64,000 bases of DNA from assembly GCA_964234715.1 (NCBI GenBank), contig OZ174275.1; one strand, 5' to 3'. Of this stretch, positions 15,165 to 28,520 are shown piece after piece (positions within the stretch are counted from its first letter, which is position 1; the number at the start of each line of letters is the position of its first letter). Source of the DNA: Podarcis melisellensis. Its lineage: Eukaryota. The notes under the pieces were generated by a model. That model saw nothing but the letters and a program-made list of their open reading frames with translations. It did no database searches and was not told the DNA's origin. The translations under genes and the position numbers were made by a program.

Positions 15165-15345
15165 AATTTTATTGTTTATTTATTACATTTATGCCCCTCC
15201 TTTCCTCCAAGGAGGCTCAAGACAGCATGTGTACTTCTTCCCTTGCCCATCTAGTCATCACAACAATCCTGTGAGCAAGGCTAGGCTAAGAGATAAGTGA
15301 CTGACCCCTAGTCACCCAGTGAGCTTCAGAGCTGAGTGGAGGTTT
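15165..15345 (-). mobile_element. tRNA-derived MIR-like squamate SINE fragment
   Basis: Reverse-complement similarity to the copies at 45668 and 54228 (cacaacaatcctgtgag...gtcacccagtgagcttca). Confidence 0.6.
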
Positions 15346-16218
15346 TGTTTTGGTTTGCTTGCTTGGAGGTAATTTGGTTAAAATAGTGCAGGAGGAAAGA
15401 AACAGTTCCACTAGAACAGGTTACTAAATTGTGCTTGTATAGTTTTGTTGGACCAGATGATCCTTGGAGACCTTTCCAGTTCTACCATTTAATGATTCTA
15501 TAAATAGGAAAAGTTAAAAGGATTGCACCTATCCAGTATAAATTTCTAATATCAGGAATACTTGGTGTACACTATTAGGAGTTTGTAGTTTCCTCACAGC
15601 ATTGCATACATTGTGAGCATCAGCTGCAGTTGCGTGACCTCAGATGACAGAGAAAGCACAGGTGATGGAGCAGGAAGAAGAAAAATCCCCTCCGTGATAT
15701 ACGTTGACAATGAAAACAAGGATAGAAATATGTTTACTACTGCCTAACAAGACATATTTCTCTCTCCCCCGCCATGCCCTTCCTATGTCTCCCACAGCAC
15801 CTTCACTGTTCTTGACTCTCCAGCTGCACTGTGTCCTGCTCAGACTTCAGGAAATATGGAAAAGCTACACATCTTTTTGTTTCCAGCCTCCTCTGCCCAG
15901 ATGCAGGAGAAGCTCAAAAATACAGTCCCCTTTGTAGTCTCTCCCACCCTTCTGCAAAGCTTTTAGGGGAGACAGGGGAGTGTTTGAATATGGCTGTATG
16001 CATACTATTCAATTCTGACTGGTGTTTGTATATATGAGCCTAAAGCAAGACCCCTGAGCTGCATAAAACTTCAGAGGCAGAACAATAAACCCATCATTGG
16101 TCTCTCCAAAGATGTCCCGCTCTATAACATTTTCCTATTATATCACAATAAATTCTTTGCAGGTGGTATTATGATCACTATCATGGCATTCACTCAAATG
16201 CTGCTCTGTGGTCTAGTT

Positions 16219-16597
16219 CAGTGTTTTTCAACCACTGTTCCCTGTTGCCTGGTGTGCCGTGGGAAAAATTGAAAAATTCAAAAGATTAAAAAATATATAT
16301 AATGTCAAATTTTCGCCCACTAGGTGGGCGCCGGACTGTGTCCACCCTCATCCGATTCCCCATAGAGAGCAGCGGGGTTCTGACATCTCCCTCTCCGCAC
16401 ACAGTGCGGAGACGGAGCTGTCATCCGCCGGCTCAGTGGGGATCAGCGGATCGATCCCTACTGAGCAGAGAACGGTCCGCAACATTTTTGTTTGCCATTA
16501 AAGAAAAAAAAATTAAACATTTTCTAATGGTGGTGTGCCTCGTGATTTTTTTCATGAAACAAGTGTGCCTTTGCCTAAAAAAGGTTGAAAAACACTG
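16219..16597. mobile_element. Young non-autonomous hAT (Charlie-like) DNA transposon
   Basis: Perfect 15-bp TIR CAGTGTTTTTCAACC / GGTTGAAAAACACTG; perfect 8-bp TSD gtctagtt; CpG-rich interior. Confidence 0.9.
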
Positions 16598-19500
16598 GTC
16601 TAGTTAACTTGATAAAAGTTTACTGTTAAACCTGTGAGACATACAAATTGACCAAAAAGCCCCTTAAGTATCCAAAGTCCCCCACCCTGGCCCACAAGTA
16701 TTCTTCTTCTCCTTAAAAAGTTCTCAAAGGGCTACAGGTTACATCATTTGTAGCCTTGGCTGGAAGCTTGCCCATTTTGTTTAAGCAGAGAGCAAAGGAG
16801 ACCTGTTATGATGTGGCAAAAATAACAGTTAAAAGCAAAAGTGAAGGTGGAGTGAGTGGCTGATGCTCTCTAGGGAGGTAAACCTTTGCACACAGACTTT
16901 ACGAATGCCTGCTGATGTGTACAAACGTCACTCACCAGGCAATTAAAACATTTAATGTTGTCTGCCCATCCCTGCCTACACTTTGCCAGCTAGCTTAATT
17001 CTGAAGCTGGAGCATTCATTAAGGAGGTAGGCCTCTTACTATAGCAAAACTATACTTGGCAGAGGTAGCTGTGGAGGGTGGAGAAGTTAGAGATTTGGTA
17101 AGACCAGCACAACCTCACTGCCATTTTCACTATGAAATGAGCAGAGCATTATGCGAGAATTTTACCCACTCTGCCTTTTCTAGGTTAAGGGAGACCATTG
17201 GTATTGCTGCCCAAGACTTCCCCCAGTCCAAAATCTCTGCCACTTGGCACAGGAATAAGACAACATGGATTTTAAGTTACTTGGTCTGTTGCCTTATTAT
17301 TTTCTCAGTTCTCAGTTCCTTCCTGTAGTGTCCTGAAACTAAATGATGCTTCAGCTCGGAATAGCTATTATTAAAGCAAATGGGTTGTACCATGTTCCAG
17401 TGACATCTTTCAGTACTTTCATAGCCTAAGGAATTAAAAGGAGTCACACATTATTTACCATTTATTTTGATACTCCAGACAAAATGTGTTCTGCCCCCAC
17501 TTCCTGTGAACTGCCAAAATAAATAAATATTAGAAGCAGTGTCTTTAAAATCTTCTAGCCAAGGACTGACATACATGTTTCTCTGATAGGAGTAATGTTA
17601 CAATATTGTGTCATTTACTTGTGTTGCTAATCCAAAGTAGGAAAGCAGGACGTGGGCAGTCCAATTACATATAAAAAGGCTTCCTTTTCATAACAGATGA
17701 GAAAGAAATGGAAATATGTTTGTGTGTGTGTGTGTGTGCATGTGTGGGTAACCGCTGCTGTTTTGCGCCAAGTCCATATTTGTGACCAGCAATGCCTATT
17801 CTGTACGCTATGATTGTCAGATAAAACCACTTGAAACAGCCTCTCTGTCTGTAATGACTTGTCCTCTTCATTGTCGTATTACAGGTATGTTTCCACTATT
17901 TCTGTCTGCGGTCCTCCCAAATGGCAAGTGAAACAAATGACCAGGAAGCAAGAATCTGTGGGATTTTCAAATACATTAAAACTGCAAACCTATGTACCTT
18001 TGCTCAGGTGCAAATCCCATGGAACTCAAGGGCACTGAGCATATTTGGAATCTTCCGATGAATAAAATGCTACCCATGCTACAGGTATTGATTGATGCTT
18101 GTAAGATAATAGTTTCCTTTTCCAAATACAGGAAACAGCAGGAGTACTGTACTTTCTAGAACCACAGTAGGAACTTGAAACACAACCCCATAGGATCAAA
18201 ATGTAAACCCCAGCCCATTATTACACACAGAGGTATTCAGTGTAATTTGCACAGCATGTCTAGCACAGCATGTCTAGCACATGTCTAGTATGATGAGACT
18301 GCATGTTCCTAATGTACTTACAGTCCATTTATTTTTAATGGACAAAGGTAATTTGAGGGCTCCACTATTTGCAAATCCATGTTTCATTCCTCACCTTCCA
18401 ATCAGGAAGACAAATGCGATGGTATTAATATTATACCAGACTTAGAAGACGGTTCTAAGTGGATCCAGCATAATAATCAAAGAAGTCACATCCAAATCCT
18501 ATGTCAGCTTGGTCACAGCTATCCAAGAAGAAAATTTATCTTACTTTACATAAGACCTCTTATTCCCAGGTTATTTTACTCTTAATCACAGCACTGAATT
18601 GTTATGAAAATATTTAGCAGTTCAAAAATTAAGATGAAGCACCTTACCAATAACCAATTTAAACTACTCTGCAGCTTTGATACATTTGCTGAGCTATTGC
18701 TTACTTTGTTCTTTCCTGCCATAAATAGCTAACTTAAAAATTGTGACTGTTAAGATAAGGATTAGCTGCTGTTAACATTTCCTGTAGATTTGGTGCTGAG
18801 GGCTGCTGTTATTTATCTAAAGCTAATATTTAACGATAAAAATGCATTATGACATGCTATCAAGCACAGTCTTTTAGTTCTTTGGTGTCTGTATTTCCGA
18901 CAAAATATAGGTCATAGTCCTCAATTCAGATGTTTCTGTTTCTTCTGTTTCAGAAATGGTTCTTTTATTTTGCCACATCCAGAAATACGTAATTATTCTG
19001 CTTCAGAATTGGAAGAGCTGTTTGCTGACACAGAACACAACTTAAAACAACTAGATGCAAACTGTCTTCAGCCCTCTTCAGTACAATTTGGGAGAACTGT
19101 GGCCCTCCAGGCCAGACATTGTTGGGCTCCAACTCCCATCAGTCCCAGTAAGCATGGACAATGGTCTGAGGTGGTCGGAGATGTAGTCTAAAAAACATCT
19201 CGAGGGCCATGGATTCCCAGTCCCTGCTCTACAGTCTTGGAAAGATGAAATACCATCCACTTTGCTTTACTATAAGAGAACTAATGTTTGAGTGCCAGAC
19301 ATGAGTTCATGCACAACATACTGTACTGTACTTCCAGGAACATCCGTTTGCCCAGAAAGGAAGTAATAGATACATTGTTCCATTCAGCTGTCCTGTGGGA
19401 CACTGGAAGCTCTGAAGACTGTTTCCATCTACCACACTGAGAAGAAGCGCCATTCAATACAGTAGCCTTGCATGGGATAGCTAAATTAGTGAGTTAGTCA

Positions 19501-20232
19501 ATGTATTTTCAAAGCACCAGAAGTCTCATATTTGACAAGTTATCATTATATTTGGGGTTATTTGGGATATTATAAGCAATGGAGCCTGGTCAAGACATTT
19601 TGTTGTCTGAGACAGAACAGCAAATGCACCCCACCACCACAATCAATTCCAATACCAACATGTTAATAGTTCCCCCTGCCGCCCCCCCCCCTCAGGATTC
19701 AGGGTGAGAGGATGCATAGAAGGTTCATCTCCATGATGGGGCCCTGGCTCTGGAACGTTGTCCCCTCAAAGGTGTGTCTGCCTCCTGCATAGTTGGTTTT
19801 CAGATGCCAATCGAAAATACTTTTATTTGCCTGGGCTATCAAGCAAAAAGCAGCACAATGTAATTACCTAGCTGCATCTACTATAGAGGATTTGCCTTCT
19901 AAGGGACAAAATGAAATTTGTCAGTCAGTCATCTTGAACTGCCCCTACTTGCCTTTGCAAAGGCTCTAGGAACAAAAGTTGTGGGCTATATCGAGACCCA
20001 CATTCTTGTCTACTCACTAAAACCACCTAATGTCATGGACCTTGACGTCCTGCAGTTACGGTACTTCAAACCGACACATTAGCAACGTTACTGCAGTGAG
20101 TAAGATAGAGGGAATTCTATCAGTTCTGAAGCAAAAAACATTTGTTTATTTCTGCTTGTTCTGGCTTCAGCATTCACATTTGAAGTGATGGCTACTCCTG
20201 TCTTAAGGAAACTTTAGAGCTATTTAATGTGT

Positions 20233-20347
20233 AGGTAAAGGTAAAAAAAGCTAAAAGACCCCTGGATGGTTAAGTCCAGTCAAAGGGAACTATGGGGTTG
20301 CGTCGCTCATCTTGCTTCAGGCCAAGGGATCCAGCGTTTGTCCACAG
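20233..20347 (-). mobile_element. Sauria SINE 3' fragment
   Basis: ggtaaaggt tail plus sequence homologous to 10706-10810. Confidence 0.7.
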
Positions 20348-21044
20348 GTTTACTGACAATCCACGCCTTTTGAGAAGGGAGTAACTATTTCACGTGCTGG
20401 GTGTTCCCAGAGATTAACTTTCAGGGAAAGCTCGCACAGATCTTCAAAAACTTCCAGGTGTGTAATGAGACAAGTTAAACCTGCTGTACCACTTAACCTC
20501 CTAGACTGGCATCTAACCCAGTGATGGCAACACCAGTCTACTGTACTACTTGCAATCTTACCTGTTTGGTTTTGGTTTTTTGTATGGGGATACTGTATCC
20601 TTTCCCCGTGGCAATAAAAGGTGGTGGGAAGAAGAGCAATTTTTAGCAGAAACGGGTATTGAAAAGTTTATAGTTTTCTTTTCTCCCCAGCCAGTTGTCC
20701 ATTTCTGATTTCCTTTGCAGCAGCAAGACAAAGAATAATAATTGCCTATCACATGCCTGTTTTCTGCCAACAGCTTTTCAGGCTCCTTGAGCAGGTTTTC
20801 TTCACTCTGAGTGCCTTTCCAAACAGGTCCAGTACAGTGACCCTCACAAGTTGGGAAAGACAGATGTGTGTCAGAAACTTGATAGCCTTCCCCACCAGCA
20901 TAATAATATTACAAAAGGGTTCTTCTCTCTGTACATAAGGGTGTGTCCTCAGAGTTTCATCACTTTTTCTTTTCTAACGTCATGAGATGGGTGTTCAAGC
21001 ACAGAAATACTGCTGTAAGCCATTCTACTAAAAAAACAAAAAAA

Positions 21045-21225
21045 CAAAACGAAGAAGAGTCTTCTGGCACCTTAAAGACTAGCCAGTTTTGTTGTTGCAT
21101 GATACTGTATTTCATTCACTCCAGTCTATGAAAACATGTGCCGTAAAAAAACTAATTAGTCTTTAAGGTGCCCAAAGATGATTTGTTGGTTTTGCCGTAA
21201 CAGATTAACATGGCTAACCTTATAG
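21045..21225. mobile_element. Penelope-like element terminal fragments in inverted arrangement (similar relic at ~43925-44045)
   Basis: ggcaccttaaagacta ... tagtctttaaggtgcc inverted pair plus 'taacatggctaacc', typical of reptile Penelope ends as recalled. Confidence 0.55.
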
Positions 21226-23259
21226 AAACTGGTTTTGTTTCACTAGGAAGCAGTGTTATCCCTCATTATGAAATCTCATTTCCCCAAATGCAGCCTGCAG
21301 CTGAGTTCAACCGATGGTGTGGATCTGCATATACTTTGCTGTAAGAATGTAGGATGAACCTGCTGGATTAGGCCAATGGCCTGTCCAGTTTGCATCTGAT
21401 CAGGCGCCTGCAGAAAGCCTACATGCTGGAAAAGAGTACAACAGCATTCTGCCCACCTGCAATTCCCACCAATTGGTATTCATAGGCATAACGTCTCTAA
21501 CAATACATTTAAATGTCTTCTTATAAAATCATAGCATTATGGAGTTGGAAGGGACTCTGAGGGACAGCTAGTCCAACCCCCTGCAATGCAGGAATCTCAA
21601 CATGTGGTCTCCCTTCCAACTTGAAACCATAGCAGACCATAGCTTTGAAAATGTGCTATCATAATGATGATGTATAACTTGTGGCTACAGCTTGATATAT
21701 GCCTATAAATCCTGTGTCTTTAGAAGAACAAGTCAACTGTAGGATTATTTCTAAGTAGTACCAAGTCTGATGTCCCTCTCTAGAGGTCAGGTTTTGGAAG
21801 TATAAGCAATGGGGGAATCAAAAAAGAGACAGAACGGTGCCATGTTTGTATCCTCAGAAACATAATAACATTTATTAAAGTTGGATATGGTATTGCACTT
21901 TCATAGATAACACTATCAAAGACATATTACAAGATACACAAGCCAAAAGTGTAGCTAATTTCTGCATAGCATCTGCACGTGTGCTAAATTCACAAATGGA
22001 GAGTAATGAGCCAGCAACGGAAGTGCTACTTGAAGAAATCCTGTCTTGATCTTGCACAACACCTGAGTAATATTTATTTGTCTGGAAAGATCATCAATCA
22101 AATACAGGTAAGTGCCCATCCCTGGGCCAAGCAGGAAGCAGATATGCTACCCACGAATGGTGCTCCACCCGCACAGCAGCAAGGAACCAGACATGCAATA
22201 AAACTGACCTACCCTTTGAAAGCGGCATTTGTGCTACTGGGATAAAGTATTGTTTACCTATACTACCTGTCATAGTTCAAAATTATTAGTGTTTTTGGGC
22301 AGAGGAAATAACAATGTACAGCTGCTCCTTAAAAGTGCAGGGAAGCACTGGGCAGCACAGGTGGGTGGGAACGAGTGAAGAGAAACACAGCAAGGGTTCA
22401 GCATGAAAAAGATGGTCAAGTTAAGAGCATAAATTGATCTCTTCCTTCAAGTAATGAACACACATTAATGCACATGTTTGTTTATTATTGATTTACAAAA
22501 GTATTTATATACAGCCCTCTTGCAAAACCTCAAGGTGGTGTACAATAACATAAAAACATTCAAAACCAATACAGAACAATAATTAAAATAAATGGCTACT
22601 CAAGCAATATTTTAAACTGCATAGGTCCGCATATGTGTTGAGGAATGAATACAGATACACACAGAATGTCATGCAAGACTTTCAGGCGTGTAGCCAGCCA
22701 TAAACATGTACACAAATAAGTGATGCAGATGTTCACGTGTATACACCCTCTTCAGACACATAAACAAAATATGTTAAACGTAATGTATAGATGTTACCAT
22801 ATTAAAAGAAATGCACCATTCCCCCACAGACAATTAGCATAAAACCCACATGTAGGTTGCTACATCTGAGGATATTACCCACTTCCTTGTTCACAGTATA
22901 CTGTACATACAAAATCATCAAACATGACAATCTAGTTGCAGGTTTGGTGCTAATTCTTAAATATCCATAATGCCTCAACACACAGGTGTTGTACAAGAGG
23001 CAGTTATACATGTGTTCCGCATTTTATGGCACTGATAAAAATTAATGACCAAAACTGGGGGGTTGGGGTTGGGGGGGGAGAGAATAAAATTGATATCCCA
23101 TAGAGAAGTCGTAGAAGTTTGAGGAATCCTAAAGGTATGCAATACTTGATAGTGCATAAACACGTGTCCATGGTACCAGAACGATACACACGACCTCAAG
23201 AGGCAAATGAGGTGTTTCTCCCCATATGTAAACAGCTTTCCCCCAACAGTCCAGAGACT

Positions 23260-24260
23260 CCGTGCGAACGCTTCTATCCTCCTCCTCCCGTCCCCGTCTG
23301 ACCCCCGTTGCAGGTTCAGGGCCAGGTAGGCCCACCTGTTCAGGCCTGAGCAAAGCGCCCCGCCAATCCCAGAGCTCCTCTCCTGCGCATCAGCCAATCC
23401 CGTCCCTGTTGCCAAGCTTTGGCTGGCTAACTGACGTTGCTCTGGCGACGGCAAGAACGTTGGGCGCTCACAAAACACACCGACGTCAGCGCGTAGTAAC
23501 CACGGAAACGAGCCCCGCAACGTCATCGCTCTTTCTCCCTTCCCCTTCAGAAATCGTTAGCCACGCAGGCGGCGGCGTCACCCGCTGAGGGGAGGAGGAG
23601 GAGGAGGCGGCTCCCGGTTGTCATAGCAGCTCAGGGAGGTGGGGCTCCGTTGCCAAAGCAGCAGGGAAGGTAGGGCTCGGTTGCCATGGCAGCGGGAAGG
23701 TCTGTTTTGTTTTGGGGTGGAGCTGTAATTAGAAAGCGAGGGCTGAGGGCGGCGAGGTGCCGGCGGCCCCACAGCGAGAGACCGAGAGGGAAACTGGTTT
23801 GTTTTGATTTCTGAGATCCCGGGGGCTTTGGTGTCTCGAAGTGACGCTCCGGGAGCGACTGGTGGGGGTGGGGCGGTTTGAAATCGGGATTCCCTCTTAT
23901 AATAATTAATAATAACATATTATTTATACCTTGCTCATCTAGCTGAGTTTCCCCAGCCACTTTGGGCGGCTCCCAATCGAGTGTTAAAAACAATACAGCG
24001 TGTGTCCGCCTCACAATATTCGGGGATCTGGACCAGAGGTCGATCCCGGCAAACGTTCGTTGTGGGGACGGCCAAGGGGGTGGATCCTGTCGTGTCTGCC
24101 TCAAGCGGCGAAACGTGAGGAAGCGCACTCGCGCTGTCTGCCGCACACGCACCAAAAGGGAAACCCAAGTCTGACGCACCGATCAACAACAACCCCCGCG
24201 GCTCTCGACTCAAGTCTTTTCTGCTCTTTCTTACGTAACGCAAGCCGTGTTCCCTGCATC
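23260..24260. promoter_or_regulatory. Orphan CpG island ~14 kb upstream of FOS with five X-box-like (RFX) motifs, several CRE half-sites and two CCAAT boxes
   Basis: GTTGCTCTGGCGAC 23436, GTAACCACGGAAAC 23496, GTTGTCATAGCAGC 23617, GTTGCCAAAGCAGC 23649, GTTGCCATGGCAGC 23680; TGACG/CGTCA near 23432, 23484, 23521, 23576, 23842, 24172; TTACGTAA near 24231. Confidence 0.7.
23895..24000 (-). mobile_element. LINE (L2-like) 3' tail with (TAT)n end; related copies at ~33410-33477 (+) and ~51920-51990 (-)
   Basis: Shared core 'gagtggctggggcaacccagtcagat...ggtataaataataa' in three places. Confidence 0.6.
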
Positions 24261-27200
24261 CCCCCCAAAAAAAATAATTAAGCGTTTTCCTCGTGCCTTT
24301 AATGAAAAGATAAAGCAAATCGTATCTTAAAAAATGAGAGAGAAATAAAGCCGGCTTGAGCATGTGCCCCAACTGACAAAATAATTAGTAGTCATATTGA
24401 TTATTATTATTTTTTAAATGTTGTTTAGGTTCAGATGATGGTGGATATCCAGCAATCAGGTATGATGGGAGCTGGAGTCCAACAATATCTCACTGCAATG
24501 GCAGCTTATCTGATATTTCTGTTATATTCCATTTAATATATTTTGTCTATGTGTATGAAGAGGGTGTATACAAATGTTAACATCTGCATTGCTTTGCTTG
24601 AATACATAGCCATCGGTCATCTCATCTCAGCTTAGTTCTGAATTGAACCAGCAGTTTAAAGTGTTATCAAAGAATACTGGGTCTGGGTATGGGGGAGAGA
24701 CACTGTCCAAGTGTTTTATATTCTATATTCTCACACAGCTGCTTTGGAATTGTGGTATGGCAAATCCATGAGCCAAGGTAGTTTTGTTTTTAACAGACTC
24801 GAGAATTGCTTTAAAATTTACTCACTATATGGCCTTGGAGCGTATATACCTGTTTTACACACACCCTGCTGAAAATTCCTGGTTAAATCAATGGTTCAGA
24901 GTCAATGTATTATTCTATAAATTACAAACTCAGTTTCAGCAATTCAGCAATAGAGAGTAAGAGGTTAAAGCAGCCAATTTCTGAGCATGTTTCAATGGCA
25001 GCAGCCAGTATGTGTGTCTATTGACATATTCAGCACAATTAAAAAGCAGTATTAAATTATTATTTGTAGCAAAGCGCTCTTTGTTACTTTGCCATATTTA
25101 TATCGCTAAGATATACCTATCCATCAATTCTGCTGCCTGCCTGTTTAAGAAATACCAATCAGTCAAAGCTGGACCTATGCAAAATTATCACACTACCCAC
25201 TTGGTATGTATAATGTTTTGGTTTTCTAATGGCCTTTGTCTAATCAACATTGCAGAGCACAGTAGTTAAAATCCCAGTGAACATTTTTATTTGCTGTGAT
25301 TATATCTGTAAACTCCACAATAATTGTGTTAGCTTCAGCACTCCAGTCCTTACAGTTATGGTAATCTTGAAATCTTGAAGTTTGCTTCAAATAAGCTTCT
25401 AGCCCTCATGAGTGTGCAGAAATGCTTCGGAATTAGACCATGGAAAAAAGATTATATAGCAGGTGGCAAATAATATGAGTATATATTCATTATTTCTACA
25501 ATATCATTCCTTTTTAACTCAGAACTTTGGATTTTAAAGGGCTGACTCATTATGATTTTGAATTAGAGTTAAATTTACTAGTCTGATTACGGAAGACCCA
25601 CCTACAAGTAATTCTCAGGAATACTAGGATGGCGTTTCCAAGTGCTGTTGTAAATATACTTAGACATTTATGACAATTGATAAACTAGTGACTGAATACT
25701 GTCTGTTGGGAAGGGAGATAACTTATCGGTTTTGAAGTACAGGCATCTGGGCACTGGCCCAGTTTTGGTAATTCTCTGCACCATATACCTGCTTGAACTG
25801 TCAAATGCCACTGCATTCTCTCAGATTGCAGTTGTAATTGTTGCTTTAAGTTTTTCTTTATCTCTATATCCTCTGCCTGCTAAAAGACTGCAGGGTCAGT
25901 TCAGACTTGTTCTTGCACCACACCTATCTGCTAATAAGTAGTATAGTACTTACATATGGGGATTCCCTCACCCTGAACCTGGGGTGGGGTGGGAATTAAC
26001 AGCAATTTCTCACGGCAATCTATGAACTCCCTTTCATCATAATGAATATGTTACAAAACTATAGTCTGTAAGATGCATGTCCTCAGGAGAGTGACGTAGA
26101 AGGTTAGGCAGCAATTCTGAAATAGTGATAAGTTGCTGTAAAAAAGAGGAAGTGATTGTTGACATAGCGAAATACAATCTTGAACACTAGCTTGGGGTGT
26201 GTGTGAACTCTGCTGAACTCCATTGTACGTACTTCTAAGCAAACATGGGTAGGATCAGGCTGAACTTTTAATCGAATGCGGGTCTGAACATCTGACATTA
26301 GTCCCTCTCTTATGCAAAGGGTAGAAATTACTGATTGATTGTCCTATCTTATTCAGGACAAGTCTAGGCTTGTTACCTTACTCTGCAGTTCTCTTTCCTC
26401 CATTGGCAATGCAAATGCTCCTTAATAAATAAATAAACATTTCTCTCAGCTATCACTTCCATCCTTTTTGAAGAAGGTTGCCAGAAATATTTTAGGGACT
26501 GTATTCTGGGTATAGTTTAAATCCAGAAGTACAGATACACAATTGTCCATTCTGAGCAGAATTAGAGAAGTATCCAGCCTTAGAAAAAGGAATCACCTAT
26601 TAAATGTTCCAAAATATTAGATATGCACCTAAACACATTATAGCCGGTTTATTTCTTTGGACCCGCAGCTTGCCCTATCCTAAAGTTTTTGGGAAGGTAA
26701 CAATACTTAAAAACAAAAGCCATTAGCAGAATACAGACAGCTGGGTAAAATCTCATCTCTTATCCTAATGTAGTATGATATCATATACTATCCCATCAAC
26801 TTCTACTCATCGTTTCTCACTGGGTAGAAACCATTCATCTCTCCTTACTGAGGTGTCACTTTTCTTTTTATTACTGCTCCCTGCTGTTGTGCTTTTAATC
26901 TGCAGATATTAACAGGTGGTAACACTTAGGTCAATGCTATTAAAAACTTTACCAGCTGATGTCTGTAAATTTCTGCTAAAGTCATGAAAGTAGGCCCGGC
27001 TGATTTGTTTCCAGTCAAATGTCTTCTCTTACGTGTTTTTGTTCTGTTCTAGATTACAGATTATTAGCTATAGTGTTTATTAGCTAACCCTAGCTTCATA
27101 TGAAATTCCAAGCTCCTAGAGTTTCATGTGTTTGTTTTCAGACTTTAAATCTCTTCTCACAGAGGGTTCCCATAAGCAAATATGTGACAGTCACTTATTT

Positions 27201-28520
27201 ATGCAGTATACTGTATATTGTCCAACATCCCCAGTCATCTAGTTTGTTAATCTTGTTCATCAGTGGATTTAAGCGTGTACTGGAGCAGACAGTGAATTAC
27301 TCATATGACATCACTATTATCTCCTTGCGTAATTCCTAATCTTTTCCCAGACTTGCTAAATATCTGGTGTTTTGCTGGTTCAGTCAGGTAGAAACAATCA
27401 GTGGTGGTAAAAATAAATATTTCTCATTTGGTGTATGATACAATTGATCTTACAGCAATGAACTCATGATGTACCTAGGTCCTAAGCTTTCAGAGATGGT
27501 ATGTGGACTTGGAAATACAAAGGTAGCCATGCTGGCCCTACCATTACACAAAGTGAGGAGGCTGTCTTAGGCAGAAGGTGTTCAAGGGCAGGGAGCAGCA
27601 ATGGAAGATAGGCTCTCCATTTCCCTTTAACTTAGCCTATTGTCCTTTGATGCTGTGGAGGATGCTGTCCTATTGCTAGTGCTGAAGTATGATTGAACTG
27701 CTGGTCTCCATTGGCTTCTGTATGTGGAGGGGGAAGGGAGGAGGTACCACCTTTCCTTTGCTTCAGGCAGCAAAATGTCTTGGGTTGGTCCTGACAATTT
27801 TTTAAAATTTTAATCCATTGATTTTTCTCTTTAAGTAACATCTGCAATTGATTTCCCCCCAGTCAGTGATGAGTGTAAGAAATAAGGTTTAGCCATAGAT
27901 TGAACTAACAAGCCACCATTCGTTTTGCATGTTTCCTTTAGAGATAACTGCTGTGTTGATGTGCTGTGTGGTGTTTCCTTCTTTCCCACCTGTATGTAGA
28001 TTTTATAGGTTTTATTGTTTGTTCATTGTTGTGATTCTTCATTTCTTTTGCACTCTTGAGATAATTGGTTTTCTGGATGAATATTATCATATGGCTCTGA
28101 TACTCTGTAAAATGCATTCTGTATTACCTTGTGGTATTAAAAATATGCATTCCCTTTCCTTCTTATTTATAAATACGGTGGCTGCCCCTTGCAGACTATC
28201 TCTTCCTCAGAAGCACCACATACTTTAGTAAAACATACCTTAATTAGATGGTTTGAGGGTAGCAGTCAGCGTTTAATTATCACATTAGTCAGTAGCATTA
28301 TATGATGGCCCTTGTGAGCAAGCTCCCTTTTGTAAAGTAAGTACATCCAGTTTAGTTATCAACCACTTTCCATTCATGCACTCCCATTTTTATGCATGTG
28401 GAAGTTTAGTAAGTGACATGTTTTGATGCTCTAGCAAATAGCATTTCAGAATATTACAGAGGTTAACCAGAAAAAGAACATTTATGAATATGACTTTTGT
28501 TCCACATTGTAAAAGAAAGC

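Noticed and set aside
18248-18290. Short tandem repeat (gcacagcatgtcta, 2-3 units) and the 31-32-bp units at 23610-23700 considered as CRISPR-like arrays
   Set aside because: Eukaryotic locus, no unique spacers or cas genes; simple local duplications
22975-24372. ORFs of 145-183 aa on the minus strand across the 23-24 kb CpG island
   Set aside because: No recognisable domains; two run through a LINE tail; explained by GC content
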